A DNA stretch of 63,452 nucleotides, the filler included, from Sphacelaria rigidula (taxonomy: Eukaryota), in assembly GCA_964200075.2 (NCBI GenBank). It is 8 parts of 8 records of this genome, joined end to end, with 100 filler letters (N's around TTAATTAATTAA, not from the genome) between each part and the next. Parts side by side here need not be neighbours in the genome. Positions count along the whole stretch, not along the records: positions 47,667 to 55,509 come from CAXNAA020013269.1; positions 55,610 to 63,452 come from CAXNAA020013270.1; 6 more parts are not named here. One strand, written 5' to 3'. The notes beneath the pieces are model-generated. The model saw only the letters and a list, made by a program, of their open reading frames with translations. It searched no databases and was not told the origin of the DNA. How positions within the stretch are numbered: position 1 is the stretch's first letter; each line of letters opens with the position of its first letter. This document shows, piece after piece, positions 47,730-60,935 of the stretch. The position numbers and the translations under genes are program-made.

Positions 47730-50700
47730 ACTCTGCATGAGCGGTGGATATAGCATCCAGTTCTTCTGTGATCTACAAAACACCCCTACTACAGCAGCAC
47801 GAAACCAAACTTTCCCGCTTGAAACTGCACACTTATCCTCAAAGCTGGGGGTAGCCCGCCTCTGGATACGATACCAACTCCATCCCTGACCCACTGTTGG
47901 AAGTGATGTCGAGACTACGGATACTGCTGGGGTGTCCATAATTCATCAAAGTTTACAGCGCTGGGATCTTCATCGCGGTCACGATACCGGGCTGGGGGTT
48001 GTTCGATAATACATGAGGCAGACTACCGCCCCTGGGTATCGCTCTTGAATATTCTCCTCCTTACTTGACGAGGTTCGCTTAATGTGCGGAGCTCGGGGTG
48101 GTTTTGATGATGTTAAACCTCTTTGAAATCTGCTCCGCTGAAGCGCTTTGCAAAATTTCGACAGTGTCGGCCCCCATGTCGTGTCAGGACTCGCGTTCGG
48201 CATGCCACACGAGGTTTTCGCCAGGTTTTTGGTGCAGAAGTCGAAGTCCGGAGCGGCAGCCAGTCGGGTATACGTGTTCTTTCTAGACGCGACGAGCACG
48301 TCGTGAACGTAAATCGCAATAAAAATCAAGACGTCACTGTCATCCACGAGCCAGTACAGGCACAGATCAGTCAAACTCAACTTGAACCCGTGAAAAATGT
48401 GAAAAATAAATATTCGCTTAGATTGACAACATCTTGTCGCGGCCCGCCTGATGTCGTATAACGCTGTTGACACCTGACGACAGTTCATGGTCGTCGCTCG
48501 AGACCCTGGGGCAACCTCATGAACAGTGTCTCTCTTAGGTCAGACGTGACAAGGGACTGCTCAACACCAAACCGACAGTTTGACACTTGCTACACAAGCG
48601 CTGTACAGCAGCTGCGACGACTCGGCTTGGTTGAGGACAATTTGCGAGATCGTGGAAGTGCCCCCGAAGGCTGTCTGCCCCCTTCGATTATCCATCTTAC
48701 CTTCGGGGTTACTCACATACTTCCTCTGTCTCATACGTTAGGATGCCTAAATTGTGACGGGCTCTCAACCGTGTCCGATCTGTCTTTCGACTTTTTTGTT
48801 GAAATCTTCGGTGCTTTTCGAGTAAAACCCCCCTTTTTTTGCTTAGCCGGTGCTTCAACCATGCGGCCGAACGGCCGAGAAACATCAGTCGGCCCAAAAA
48901 TGGCAGTATTTCACGCCTTTTCCACGGGATAAGTCTGGCTGCATGACCATTGCAATCTCTACCGCCATTGAGTAGCGGCCACCCACCGATAGCTCGGCGC
49001 CCCGTTCGCGAGTTAGGGGCGTGCTGGGGGGTGAGTTCTTCGCTAGGATGGTGTAGTGGGCAGGTAGGGTCCTAAATTTAGACGCTTGTGAGAATGTTTC
49101 GAGAATTCTCAAAACCAATATCAAATACTTCGTCAAAAATATTCCCCAAATAGGCCAAAATAGGATATATTTTAGCCCTTGAAACGCGGTGCGGGTAGTC
49201 CATCTGGATCATGCATACGTTTTCAAGTGAATATTGAGGCTGATTCACCAGGTGGCCTGCCCTCGCGGTCGAAGGGTTAACCCATTTTAGGTAAAGAAAT
49301 AGGACCCCGTATTGTTTTGTTTTTTTCTCCAGCTTCGGCTTCGTTTAATCTTCCTCACGAACCCGAGTATACTATCCTCACAAATACGGTTGTACCCAGA
49401 CAACATATTGCCCATAGGTACCCGAAGCCGGGAGACAAGAGAAAGTAATCATGTTATCAACTGTCTCAGTAAATACCCATTCATACAGGTGGGTGCACGG
49501 TTTAAGAACGCTTGGCTTAAGCGAATTGCGCTTTTAAGAGAGGTCAACATGGCTTGGCACACCCCTCTCTCGAAGCCGGGGCTAGTTTCACTCCTAAACC
49601 ATAGCCGCCACTTAAGGGGTCAGGCGGTGCGGCATGGTCGAGGTGTCGTACTATTTTTGCGGGTCCAAGCTAGCCTGACTGAACGAGTCGGGGTCATGGA
49701 AAACGAAGAAATATTATATCGACGATTTCATGTAGTAGTGCTGAAGATGCCGGCAAGTAGGCGCCATAGAGGTATGTTGCCGGGTGCGAATGAATGTAGG
49801 TGTAGATTAAATCGCATCATTGTTGCTGTCGGTCGCTTCCACGGGCAGCATGAGACACAGCAGTACAAAGAGTACCTTGTGCGATTATCTGGTGTTACAA
49901 TACAACGGTGCTGTGTTCCGTGTTGTGGTTATGAGGTGTATGCGTGGTGTCAATGTATCTTGTAATCTGTAGGGCAACACTGCACGTCCATAGTGTAGGT
50001 TAGAATATAGAATATCGTCTGACTATCGATGTTTTTTCTTTTTTTCGAGTTTTCGTTTTCCGAGATCTTTCGTGTGGATATTGTCTGTACATTACTACTA
50101 ATGCTACTGTTCGGCGCATTAATGAATTGATTTGTCGTGCAGCGCATTAATGGTTGGAGTACATTCCGACCACGTAAGAAAAATAATATACGCGGTCAAG
50201 GGGCCTTGCTGGGTGTAGGCAGAGGAGCTGTTCTGACCTTACTGAGGGAATAAGCAGCAAGCATGAATTGCACTGTATCGCTCGTCTACTTCTGCAACGC
50301 CCACAGGTACGATGCAAAATATACTCTTCAATACACTCAGGAGCCACCACGCCACAAGCGTCACTTCCAGCGCTCTTGATTCCAATCGGGTGCGGAGACG
50401 TTTTCTCTTGAAACCGGCTATCGGTTCAAGAGAAAATCTCTCTTGAGCCAGTTCGGTAGAAATCGTATTCAAAAGATTTTTTCTCCCTTCATCACACCCT
50501 TCTACTCAGCCGTGCTTCCCACTGTGTTTTATCTCTTCCTCACCCTCCCGGAGCGAGGCTGCATTCGTCCACCTGTTGCTCCGCGCTAACCCACCACCTT
50601 TGAAATGGTTGCGTCTACCTGGACCTCCTCGTACTTTGTACTCAAAGCACCCTTGATTGTTGTTGGAGCTAGCTCTATCTCATCCAGGCGGGCATACAGA

Positions 50701-52000
50701 ACCAGCCACAGCTTATTTTCCCTAGGGACTACTGAGTACCCCTCGAAGGAAATCTTTTCCATGACGGCGTCCGCTCCGCCTAGGCCCTCGATGGACGTTC
50801 GTGTTGTTCGGTGATCTCTACGCGGGAGATCTCCCAGAGAGTCCTCGCGCTGCTGCCGCGTTCACCACAATTGCAACGGGTAGTTGGTACGTCTACTGTC
50901 TTGTCCGTCAAACCTCCCGCTGATCTGGGGTCGAATCGGGCGCGCTCGCAGCACCGCCGCTCTCGGTTGATGGTTATGCCCTATTAATAGATTGGCCTGG
51001 CGACTGTCAGGCATTTACTCTGATAAAGACAACTCCCCGCCATCAGCGTGGGAGGCTTTGGCGAAGCAGTAGTTTGCTCTTGACTGGGACCTGGATGGTT
51101 GCAATTGACGAAGGCTTACTCGAGTTTCGCCCGCCTCTTTTGTTGTCGTGCACCAATCGCGGCCCATGGGTGGTACACAGAACGAAGATTCGAAATATCC
51201 CTCGGAGCTGGACTGTTCGTTGCTTCCTTCCCCGCCCTCGAGAAACCACGAGGATTCCTTTCCTCCCATCCAAGACTGAACCGGTTGTTGCGAAGGTACG
51301 CGGTTCAAACGATCCCAATCGAGGTTCCAAGTCCTCTACTAGTCTCCACTCCTTGCCTGCATGGGCATCGCGTGGCGAGCATAGGTATACTCAGGTCCCA
51401 AGTACAAAAACTCCCGTCCTTTGGGCATCAACTTCGAGGTTATTTTGTACTTGCAGTATCCTACTTGAAGGAAGGGGAGTGGTTTGGCATCTCGTATTTT
51501 ATTGAAGAACGTATTATCTGGAGATTGGTTGTTTAGATTGGCCGAAGAAACCGAATGATTCAACGTATCGGCTGCTCGACGGCAAGACTCTCTCGGCCTT
51601 CTCACTGACACTTCTCAGTAGAAGATGACCTCTGCTTCGATGCGGGCGACCGTGATTGCTTGCTCGACTGGAGAATCCCAGCTTGAGCTACTTCATGATA
51701 CACCGGACTGTTTGCTGGTGTGCATTCTTGCCTAGTGCCTCGGCATCGCAGCGATCACCGGAACATCTGGCATGTTCCTTACACCCGTCCGATCGTGCTG
51801 TCTTTACCACCGGAGGTACACCTGTGTCTCTTTCGTCCACGAGAAACTGCTGGGAAGTAGAAGTGGTATTCGATTCGCCATCCGAGAGATACTTCAGATC
51901 TGACGTGTGAAAGCATCTCGAAACAAGGGAAAATATCCTACCTCGCCCACCACGCTCTTCAGCTTTCAAAAATCGTATGCATCACGTGTCTGTTAACGCT
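47730..52000 (-). mobile_element. Degenerate Ty1/copia LTR retrotransposon pol (integrase-RT-RNase H), interrupted by later insertions
   Basis: Minus-strand remnants in copia order: integrase at about 51970-51340 (QFLVDERDTGVPPVVKTARSDG; AADTLNHSVSSAN; GYCKYKITSKLMPKGREFLYLGP); RT start at about 50750-50270 (APTTIKGALSTKY); RT core at 48488-47980 (ALYDIRRA; GFKLSLTDLCLY; IYVHDVLV, a decayed YVDD; YPGAVVCLMY); RNase H at about 47850-47760 (DKCAVSSG...VFCRSQK). Many stops and frameshifts; no LTRs identified. Confidence 0.82.
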
Positions 52001-53677
52001 AAAATAGGCTTGTGAAGCCCGTCGGCCAGAAAACACCCCTTGCAATCCACCAACTCTCCCACCAGCGTCGCACCGTGTTATTTCGCCGCCTCGCGTAGAA
52101 GTCCTTCGTGGAACTTGCGACAGGATCGATTCAGCAAGCTAATATCCGCCTATGAGCTGGTGCACGCTTCGCGCCTAAGATTGTGTCATTACCACAAGTC
52201 TTTTGCAACACCTGCCCGGTAGTCGCATACATGCTATCATTCTGACTACCAGAGAAACCTGAAGACGGCGACATGGTCAGAGGTTCGTATGAGGCCCTGG
52301 TTGTGGCGCGGAAGGCCAAAGGGTACCTCGACCAATCACCGGCCTGCAAGTTGTTCACTACTCGGACAATACACTATGTTTCCAAGAGATATTACCTATT
52401 CATGTTGGAATATTGCGATATATTGCCGGCGTAATATATATATATATATTGGTACCCTTGGACTGCACACGTATTGTGCGCCCAACATATATTGGTGTCG
52501 TGGGACTGCACACATAGTGCCAGCCGAATATATATTGGCACTTTGGGATTACACACATATCGTCCATCAACATATATATATATATATATATATGTATATA
52601 TTGGTACAGTGTGGGCGACGACATATTGTACGACCAATATATATTAGGGTCGCATTGGTGAAAACATGTTGAACGGTCAATATTTATTGGGAGCGCGTGG
52701 GTGCTAATGAATTGGCCGGTCAAAGTATGTTGGACATTATGAGAATGTTGTACGCTTTGAAAAGACCCAGACGCGATGGGTGCCAGAGCCCGTGCAGACT
52801 GAGAAAGGCTTGAAAGGAAGCCACAGAAGTTCGCGTGCATGGCTACGGAGAGTTGTCGGATGCGCTATATATGTATTGGCGGGAAAATATGGTGACATAT
52901 GAGGCAACCAGGTGTGTATGGCTTTTGATATCGATCTGGCCACCGGTGCGGTGCCGCCCATCCCCTTCACAGTATGTAATATATCTTGGCTAAACAGTAC
53001 GGGGGCAGAAATCGCGGGTCGATATGCGCCTCTCGTTACCCCTCTGGTCACCGGTGATGTATTGCTTGTACCCTGGACAATACCATACGTTCCAACATGA
53101 TACCAATACTTTGCATTGGAGATAGCGCAAAAATCGTCGTTTCAATATATATTGTGTTGAGATGGAGACATCGAAGCAACAATATATATTTCTCTTGTCA
53201 TGATGGTGATGCGTGTCAATATCCATTGGACATACATTTGCTCCGGAAACCAAACATTAAATATACGTTGTGCATGCCAACCATGTACGTGTTGAAGTGT
53301 CAATATATATATATATATATTGAGTCGAAGCGTTCTTTCTCACATTATAGGACCAGTTGCACAGAAAATAGGAGAAATTCACGAAAACTATTTGTAGCCT
53401 AAAGGGTGTCGTAGTCGATGTTACCATGTCTATCCCAATGCGCTACTCTTTCGTGGTTTGCTTCTCAACGGCTGGTGGTTATGTCATCCTCGAAGGTGCC
53501 GACGTCGAAAGGGTTCGCCATGGATACCATCGCGTGAACTCGTTCCCACAGCTACAATCAAATACTACACCAACCCGTGTATACCGCGCGGTACGATCTA
53601 GCCCAATCCGTGGTCCTACCCACCATCTTGAACGCTAAGGCCATCGTTTTCCCATCGCGTTTGTTTTCTGCATGCAG

Positions 53678-54533
53678 ACGCCGGCCTGCTAGGAGTGGCT
53701 TTGGTATACGTAATTCAGCTTGGCGCTCTGTTTCAGTGGACTGTCAGACAAGCTGCCGAGGTAGGCGTCATGCAGTCAAGGAAACATGAACGTCGGTCGA
53801 TCTCGTACAACCATCAGCACTTCAACAGAGTTAACAAACGAATGTGCATGTATCGTCAAAACCGTCCTCACGCGGATTTCTGACGAATCCTTCATGTCTT
53901 GACAGTGGTCCTGACAGGGTACGCTTTTGCCACAAGAGAACCGGGTTGCAACGTTTACTCCAAGGCACCAATGATGCCGTCGCTATTCCAGTCGGCATTT
54001 TGTATGCATTCGCCTTCAACGGCGGCATACCGTGAAATATGAAAATCTCTTCCTGAACCTAAAAAGAGGGCACAGATGACCTTATTGTTTCCTTGACTCT
54101 TCGTTGCACTCCCGAGGCCTCACCATTATATCTTCATCGCAAATATTCGAAAGGATAGATGTATCTCGATGTGTACCCGGTAGGGTTTTTTACACCGTGA
54201 CGTGGTACACACAGCCTGGCTCGTGTTCAACTTCAGGTTGTGAGCGCTGCTTTAAAATACCCTCTCAAAGAACAAGATAGTTTGGGCGAATTCTCAACGC
54301 AACATGTTTCAGCAATTTAAATGCTTCAAATGCGCGGCCGTTGCACGGCACATACATGCTGATTTCGCTGGGGTGTTGTGGAAAACCTTGTCGTGATACA
54401 ACACCAGGTGGAGAATCAGATGGTGTCAGCCGAGCGTATCCTGGCGTACTGTAGGTTGGAGCAGGAAGCTAGCTTGGAGTCCAACCCTGAAAACAAACCC
54501 GCGGACGATTGGCCAACAAAGGGCAACATCGAG
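53678..54533 (+). CDS. Two internal exons of an ABCC/MRP-type ABC transporter (end of TMD2 and linker to NBD2)
   Basis: Exon 53678-53760 ([D]AGLLGVALVYVIQLGALFQWTVRQAAE, donor GTAGGC) and exon 54408-54533 (VENQMVSAERILAYCRLEQEA...DDWPTKGNIE, donor GTGAGG). These carry the ABCC motifs FQW.VRQ.AEVEN.M.S.ER and WP..G.I. Confidence 0.93.
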
Positions 54534-55744
54534 GTGAGGCGCTTGATGCGTGTGAAATGGAGGGGCGCATGCACGCTGCGTAGTGTACGCACAGTATGAT
54601 GGGGGCAATAGGTTCCAAATGCTCGATTACTGATTCGAAGAACGCCTCACGTCTCACGCAGATTCCGAGATTTCAGCGTGTGAATGTTTTCATGCCCGAT
54701 GCGTTCAGTAGAGAAATACGGCACTGAAACGGGAACAGCCATGCCTTTTACCCTGCACTACATTACTTCCGTTCGGTAAATGCCGTTTCAGAACCAACTG
54801 CGGTGCTCGCTACCGAAAGTCATCCCGGGGCTGTGAGGAGAACGTATTTCTGTGTTCAGTATATCAGGGGTGTATTCGGGTGCTGAACGGGCCAGCTCAC
54901 GGAAACAACAGCGATATGGTGCCAAACGTTCGACAATTGGCTACATTCACTGTTGCCGTAACGTATTGTTATCTTTGGCTGCATTTGTGTGGTGCCGTGC
55001 ACGTTGCTCCATTCAAAACGCGTATTCTTAGACCTGCAGGAATGACTGCCGCGATGGAACGCTCTTCCGTACGACTTCTCAATTTCTCTACAAAAATAGC
55101 CGAACATCTAAACCGTGAGTACCCACTTTCCCCTTTTTCCTGCCTGCGCCCTTCTAGACCACGGGGAATGCTTCGACTAAATTGAGGTTGGGTGCGGTAA
55201 TGCATGTCGAAGGATATATGTTTTACCCTCCACCTGATATACCAATTCGCACCGTTACACGTATTTCCACGCGTCCTCCGCTTTTCAGCAGTATCCACCA
55301 CGTGCAGACGTCGTCTCGTACATTTGGACCATCGTATACCCCCCGCGCCCCCCCTCTCTGCCCTTTGGTTAGACACCCATGAGGCAGTGCATAAGCCGTG
55401 GCTGTCTCTGGAAGTGGCGATACTACAGAATAACGCAGCTCATTGTTGACTGTCATCCAAATGCAAAATAACCAGCAGGCTTCGGGCCGAACAATCTCAG
55501 CAGGATGCANNNNNNNNNNNNNNNNNNNNNNNNNNNNNNNNNNNNNNNNNNNNTTAATTAATTAANNNNNNNNNNNNNNNNNNNNNNNNNNNNNNNNNNN
55601 NNNNNNNNNGGGGGGGGGGGGGGGGGGGGGCCGCGGGGTGGGGGGGGGGGGGGGGGGGGGGGGGGGGGGCTATCGTAAAAAGGGTCTAGGTGGGGTTTTG
55701 TTTTCAGCGTTGCATCTCAGGTACGCGCATCCCAGGCGGGTATG

Positions 55745-56258
55745 GGATTCCTTACAGAACTTACAGAACTATCGGGTACCGGTATGAAAGTCTTACATAA
55801 ATTACACAACTGTCGGGTATCGGTTTGAAAGTCTCACAGAAATTACAGAACTTGTCGGGTACCGTACAGGAGGCTGGCAGGAAACCGTACCGGCAATCGG
55901 GTATTTCTTCAAGGGCATACCCGCGCTCCGAGTACGGGAATACATCATGTACAGAACTCTCAGAACTGTCGAGCAAGGGTGTGGGAGGCGTACAAAACTC
56001 ACAGAAACTATCGGGCAGGGTATGAAGGCTGTACAGAAAACCGTACCCGCACCCAGGTATCTTATCAAGAGCATACTCGTGCCCCCCGGTTATGGTACGG
56101 GAGGCTTACAGAACTCACAGAACTATCGGGTGAAGGTATTAAAGTCTTACAGAGTTTGCAGAACTGTCAGGTACCGGTATGAAAGTGTCGGATACGGTAA
56201 ATACCCGAGAAAATACCCCGGGTATACAGAGAATCGTACCCTACAGAACACAAGCTTG
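55745..56258. repeat. Degenerate array of ~40-bp units (ACAGAACT.ACAGAACT.TCGGGTACCGGTATGAA), probable subterminal region of a non-autonomous DNA transposon
   Basis: Units are visible at about 55754, 55800, 55835, 55950, 55992, 56108 and 56150. Confidence 0.7.
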
Positions 56259-56473
56259 GAAAAGCGACAGTCAGTCGATCTATCGATCGATATATCAATC
56301 TCAGTTCAGTATTTGGATCGAAAGCAAAATCGACAAACATGATAGTAGCCAACCCTCCTCCTGCCCCCCTGTCCGCCCGACGCGTGTCGCCTGCTCACTC
56401 TGTCTCATGGAAAACGCAACGCAACGTAACAAAAAAATGAAAAAAAAAAATGTATGTTCAAAAAATGGCGCAG

Positions 56474-56714
56474 GGACTCTGCTTCACGGGTATCGGATGA
56501 CGCTCTCCGACTTCTAGAAAACGTTACGCTTGCCTTCATCGAGGCTGTTCCGCCACCGTCTAGTTCGTCATGCCCCAAGAAACGGCACCTCCAAGTTGAA
56601 GAGGTGCCGGTTGGCGGTGATGACCGCGGTGGAGACGAGCCGACTTTGGAGAATGACAGTGGTGCCGTGGGCACGGATGACGCGGGTATGGGTGAACATG
56701 CTTGGTGTGCTCAG
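56474..56714 (+). CDS. Probable isolated internal exon, unknown protein
   Basis: CGCAG acceptor, protein-like frame DSASRVSDDALRLLENVTLAFIEAVPPPSSSSCPKKRHLQVEEVPVGGDD...EHAWCAQ, and donor CAG|GTGTGT followed by a TG/T-rich intron-like tract. Confidence 0.5.
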
Positions 56715-58563
56715 GTGTGTTTGTGTGTGTGCGTTTATGTGCCGGTGGCCTACCTTTCGGTGATTTTTTTTTTTTTTCAAACTTTGAACCCTTCCCCTTC
56801 CTCGGGACCAGTCCGTGGTCTCATGAAATCAACACATCTCTTCCTGGAATGCAATGCATTTTGGTCTCGTGGATTGGGTCATGACTATCAGCACTCCCGC
56901 ACCGCGTCAACGCTCCACACCCTGGACAATAGACGGCATCTATTGCGATAGCAATAGAATCTGCTGCAATAGATGCCAATATTGTCGTCCGTAGTGGCCA
57001 TTGATCGGCAAGTTTATCTTTGTAGTGTCGTTTGCAATGTCTACCGATAGACCAGTTTCCCACACTATTGTCTTGGCAGCAGTCTGCTGTCGCCCTACAC
57101 CGCAATCTATTGCGGCCGACCAAATGCATCGATCGATAGTTTTCCAAATCTAATGATGACGGCAATGGTTATCGATACACCGCGTGCCAAATCTGATATT
57201 GATGACGGCAATGGCTATCGATAGACCGCGTGCCAAATCTATTGATGACGATGGCTGTTGACAGATTGTATACCAAATCTATTGATGGCGGCAATGAATA
57301 TCAGTAGATTCATGCCAGAATCCACTGTGGTATATAATGCCTACCGACACATCTTCTCTGTCGTCTATTGCCACACCTACATCGTAACATACTACGTATA
57401 GAGCATACTATACCCCGTTAAGGTACGATAGAGAAGCCGCAGGTGGACATGCAGTGGGTATATAATGATGATATACTTATGAATATATGACATCACGTTT
57501 CCGCAATTTTGGACCGCTTGTATTTTGTAGGAATCCGCAACATGTGTAGACAAAAGTTCACCACTTCTGTTGTTAGTATGGTGTTGGTACTTATGGTTGT
57601 CCCTCTGATGGACACGAGCGCTTACAGTACTTTCGTGTTTGAGCGAGATGTGCTTATACCCTGGATAATACACTATGTAATAGAACATCGACGCTGCAGT
57701 AGCCCCGGAAATTTGACTTTCAATATTCATTGTCAGTCATAATCAACTGGCATCAAAGTCTATCGATAGCTATTGTAGGCGACAATAGATTCGGGACAAG
57801 GGACATGATGTATCATTGCCATCACAACGGAGGGACCCAGTTGTCTATCGATACATTCTACGTGTTGTAATAGGCTCTAAAATTGTGGCCACGAATGTAT
57901 ATTGCCGATCACAAAAGGATCTACGACGCGGCCACCAATACATATCGTGTGGTCACAAAAGGATATCAATCGCGCCCAACAATGTCTATTTAGGGTCACA
58001 ATAGAATCTGAATCGCGGCCGTCAATATATATTGCTGACCACAAAGATAGCTGAACGGCGTCGATAACTAGCGCTATGTATGCACATGTTTCGATATATG
58101 TTTCCGCCTTATTCCACAGAAGCTATGGCCAGCTATCGCGTCAGGTCGTTGCGTGTTCATGTGTAAGGGGTATTGCCGTTGATATCATGAGGCCACTGCA
58201 GCGAGCGATCTATTTTTCAAAACCCATCATTGGCGTCACTGACTGTCGGTAGGTGCTGCCAAGAGCGATCGATTGTTGACGGCAATGCCCATATTGGCAG
58301 ATACCAAAAAATGCATTGTTGACGGCAGAGGCTACCGATAGACGGCTCACCGAATCTATTGATGGTGGTAGTAGGTATTGATGGATAACTCACTTAATCT
58401 ATTGATAAAGGCAATGACTATCGATGGATGGCTCACCAAACCTACTGATTACGGCAATGGTAATCAACATTTACAACCCAGAATCTATTGCGGGACGCGA
58501 TGTTCATCGATGGCGAGTGATATTTATCTATTGTAATTGCCATAGGCTATCGATGGACTATTG

Positions 58564-58899
58564 CAAGGGTAGGTCGAGTAGAGTATACTCAACACTTAGT
58601 ATTTTTGAAGAGTCATACTTTGAGTACTCGAAGTTTGAGTAGAGAGTATTTGAGGTCGTACTCATCCTACTCAATTATTCGAGTAGAGTATTTCAGATCA
58701 TACTCAGTCTACTCGAAATTTGAGTATTGAGGTCATACTCAGGTGATTCTCTATACTCGAGTATTACTAACAATGCTCACTCAATATTTGAATAGAGTAT
58801 TTGAGGCCGTACTCGACCTCCTCAAACGTCGAGTAAAGTAAATACTTGGATATCTTACTCGAGTACTCAAAAGTACATACTCTACTCGACGTACCCTTG
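58564..58899. mobile_element. hAT-like MITE with GAGTA/TACTC internal repeats
   Basis: 22-bp TIRs CAAGGGTAGGTCGAGTAGAGTA / TACTCTACTCGACGTACCCTTG (1 mismatch). The flanking 8-mers GACTATTG and AACTACTG (6/8 identical) are consistent with a decayed 8-bp TSD. Confidence 0.8.
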
Positions 58900-60323
58900 A
58901 ACTACTGCAACATCTTTTGTCCCGTGCAATACATACCAGTAGATATGTTTCACCATCTCTCGTGTTCGATACTAAATATCGATGGATTTTTCCCCGTGTC
59001 TATTGCTGAAGCAACAAACTATTATTGTGTCCATTGTCCAGAGTGTGCAACTCTCTTAACCCTTTTGGGACCGGGCCTCCAGAACGACCAATGAGGCTGG
59101 TCAGGAATGGCGTGTCTGGCGTCTGCACGAAACAGGCAGTGGCGTGTGAAAGTCCGCGTATGTAACCGCAGGGTTATAACGAAGACCGAAAGTTTCATCC
59201 AATCTAGACTCAGGCGCAGGGTGCTCATTAGGTGGTGTACATCTGATGTATGGTGTACAAGCAGTATGGGTCGCGGTAGAGAGCTTCCAACAGGATACGG
59301 TGACCGGCGGGCCGCCCGCCACTTGTGGCTTTAGATGGTATTTTTATCCCCATCACCTTGCCACACAGCCCTTTGTGGTCGGGGTGGGCCGCCATTCCCC
59401 TCTTTGTTGCATGCGGCAAATTCTCTTCGAAGTGTTTATCAGCTTTGCGTCGCGCATACATACAGTATAGTACAGTACAAGTACAGTGCAGTACGCCTCC
59501 CCGACTGCAGCAGAAGCTGCCGTTGCATACTCCCTTGCACGTTCTGGGCAATTCTCAGCCACCGAGATCAACTGCGTATATACTCCGTACATATTAACTG
59601 AACACTGCAAGTCATCGGCACAGGGATAAACAGAATTCATGACGGTACAGTAGCTCCTTTTGTCTTTCCATGGCCCACCTGGGTTTAGAGCCTCGTGAAA
59701 GTGACCAAATTGTAGCATGTACACTCATTCCCGTTTTTTTCCGGTCCACCCTGTTGGTATGAATTACTACGTTTCAGTACAGAATTGGGACCCAAAAAAC
59801 ACTCCGGCAAAACTCGGGAACGCTATACTTAGTGCAAGTCATACCATAAAAACAAGCTGCGACCACCCTGCACTTGGAAACCTGGAGAGGTTTATCTGGG
59901 CCAGGGATAGGGCCCCCTCACGATCTTTGCAGTGGCATCACACTCGACAATAATCCCCGCGCTGGTCGTTCGGATCTAGTCGATAAACTTCGCCTCGCCG
60001 TGATTGGGCAGGTCCCTCGGAGACTTGTTTTTTATTATTCCACTAACACAGGGTCAACCCTGTGTCCGTGGGGATTCGTTCCTAAGAAGGTCGAAAGCAA
60101 ACTCAGCCAACGAATTTTTGTTTACTCACGTACCCACGCTTTCGACGGTGGAAATCAGATACATGAAAGAGAAATCCCGACGCATCGGGAATCGAATCTA
60201 CCCTCTCTCTACCCTAATGGTGACCGTCGGACCATTACACCATCTCTGCGCACGTATTGTCGAAGGGAAACAGAATAATGGGTTCCGTTCAGAATGAGTT
60301 GTCCAATCTTCGCTAAGGAAATA

Positions 60324-60356
<33 letters not shown>

Positions 60357-60904
60357 TCGACCCGGTGGTCTGATTGTTAGACCTGCACCATTGATTGATT
60401 GATTTATTGTCGCACTTCGACTGAACCCCCAGGGATCCAGCCGTGGTCACATGACCATTGAAGTGGAAAAAACGTCAGCAACATTCCCGTTGTAAGTAGA
60501 TGCATTCGTTTTCGGTCGAATGTGTCTTTTTTTTTCCGTTGCTGAACGCGTGAGGAGTTGAGTAGCACAAGTGGTTTCTTTGACGAGTGTCGACGCGGTG
60601 CGGGAGGGTTGGTCATGATCCAATCCGCGATGATGCCAAAAAATCAGCCGTGTGCCGGCGGGAGAAGGTTTGATGATCTCTCAATACCACAGGCTTGTTC
60701 CGAGAAAAGAAAGGGGTTAGAATTCTGACGACACTGACACTTTCCACCATAGCCCCCCCCCCCCCCCCCCCCCCCCCCAAAAACACCCCGACCGGGGGGT
60801 TCCAAACCAAACTTGTTTTTTGGTTTTTTCTTNNNNNNNNNNATTGAGTTAGAAAAAAAAAAAAGAGACAAAAATTCACAAAAACAAAAAACTCCCCACA
60901 AAAA

Positions 60905-60935
<31 letters not shown>

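Noticed and set aside
49312..49965. 217-aa plus-strand ORF
   Set aside because: TTG start, no motif or exon-like boundaries, and it lies within the insertion that interrupts the copia relic.
7846..55609. Regular ~7.94-kb periodicity of TTAATTAATTAA flanked by Ns
   Set aside because: Artificial all-frame-stop spacer joining length-sorted contigs. It is not a biological repeat, and no gene cluster can be inferred across it.
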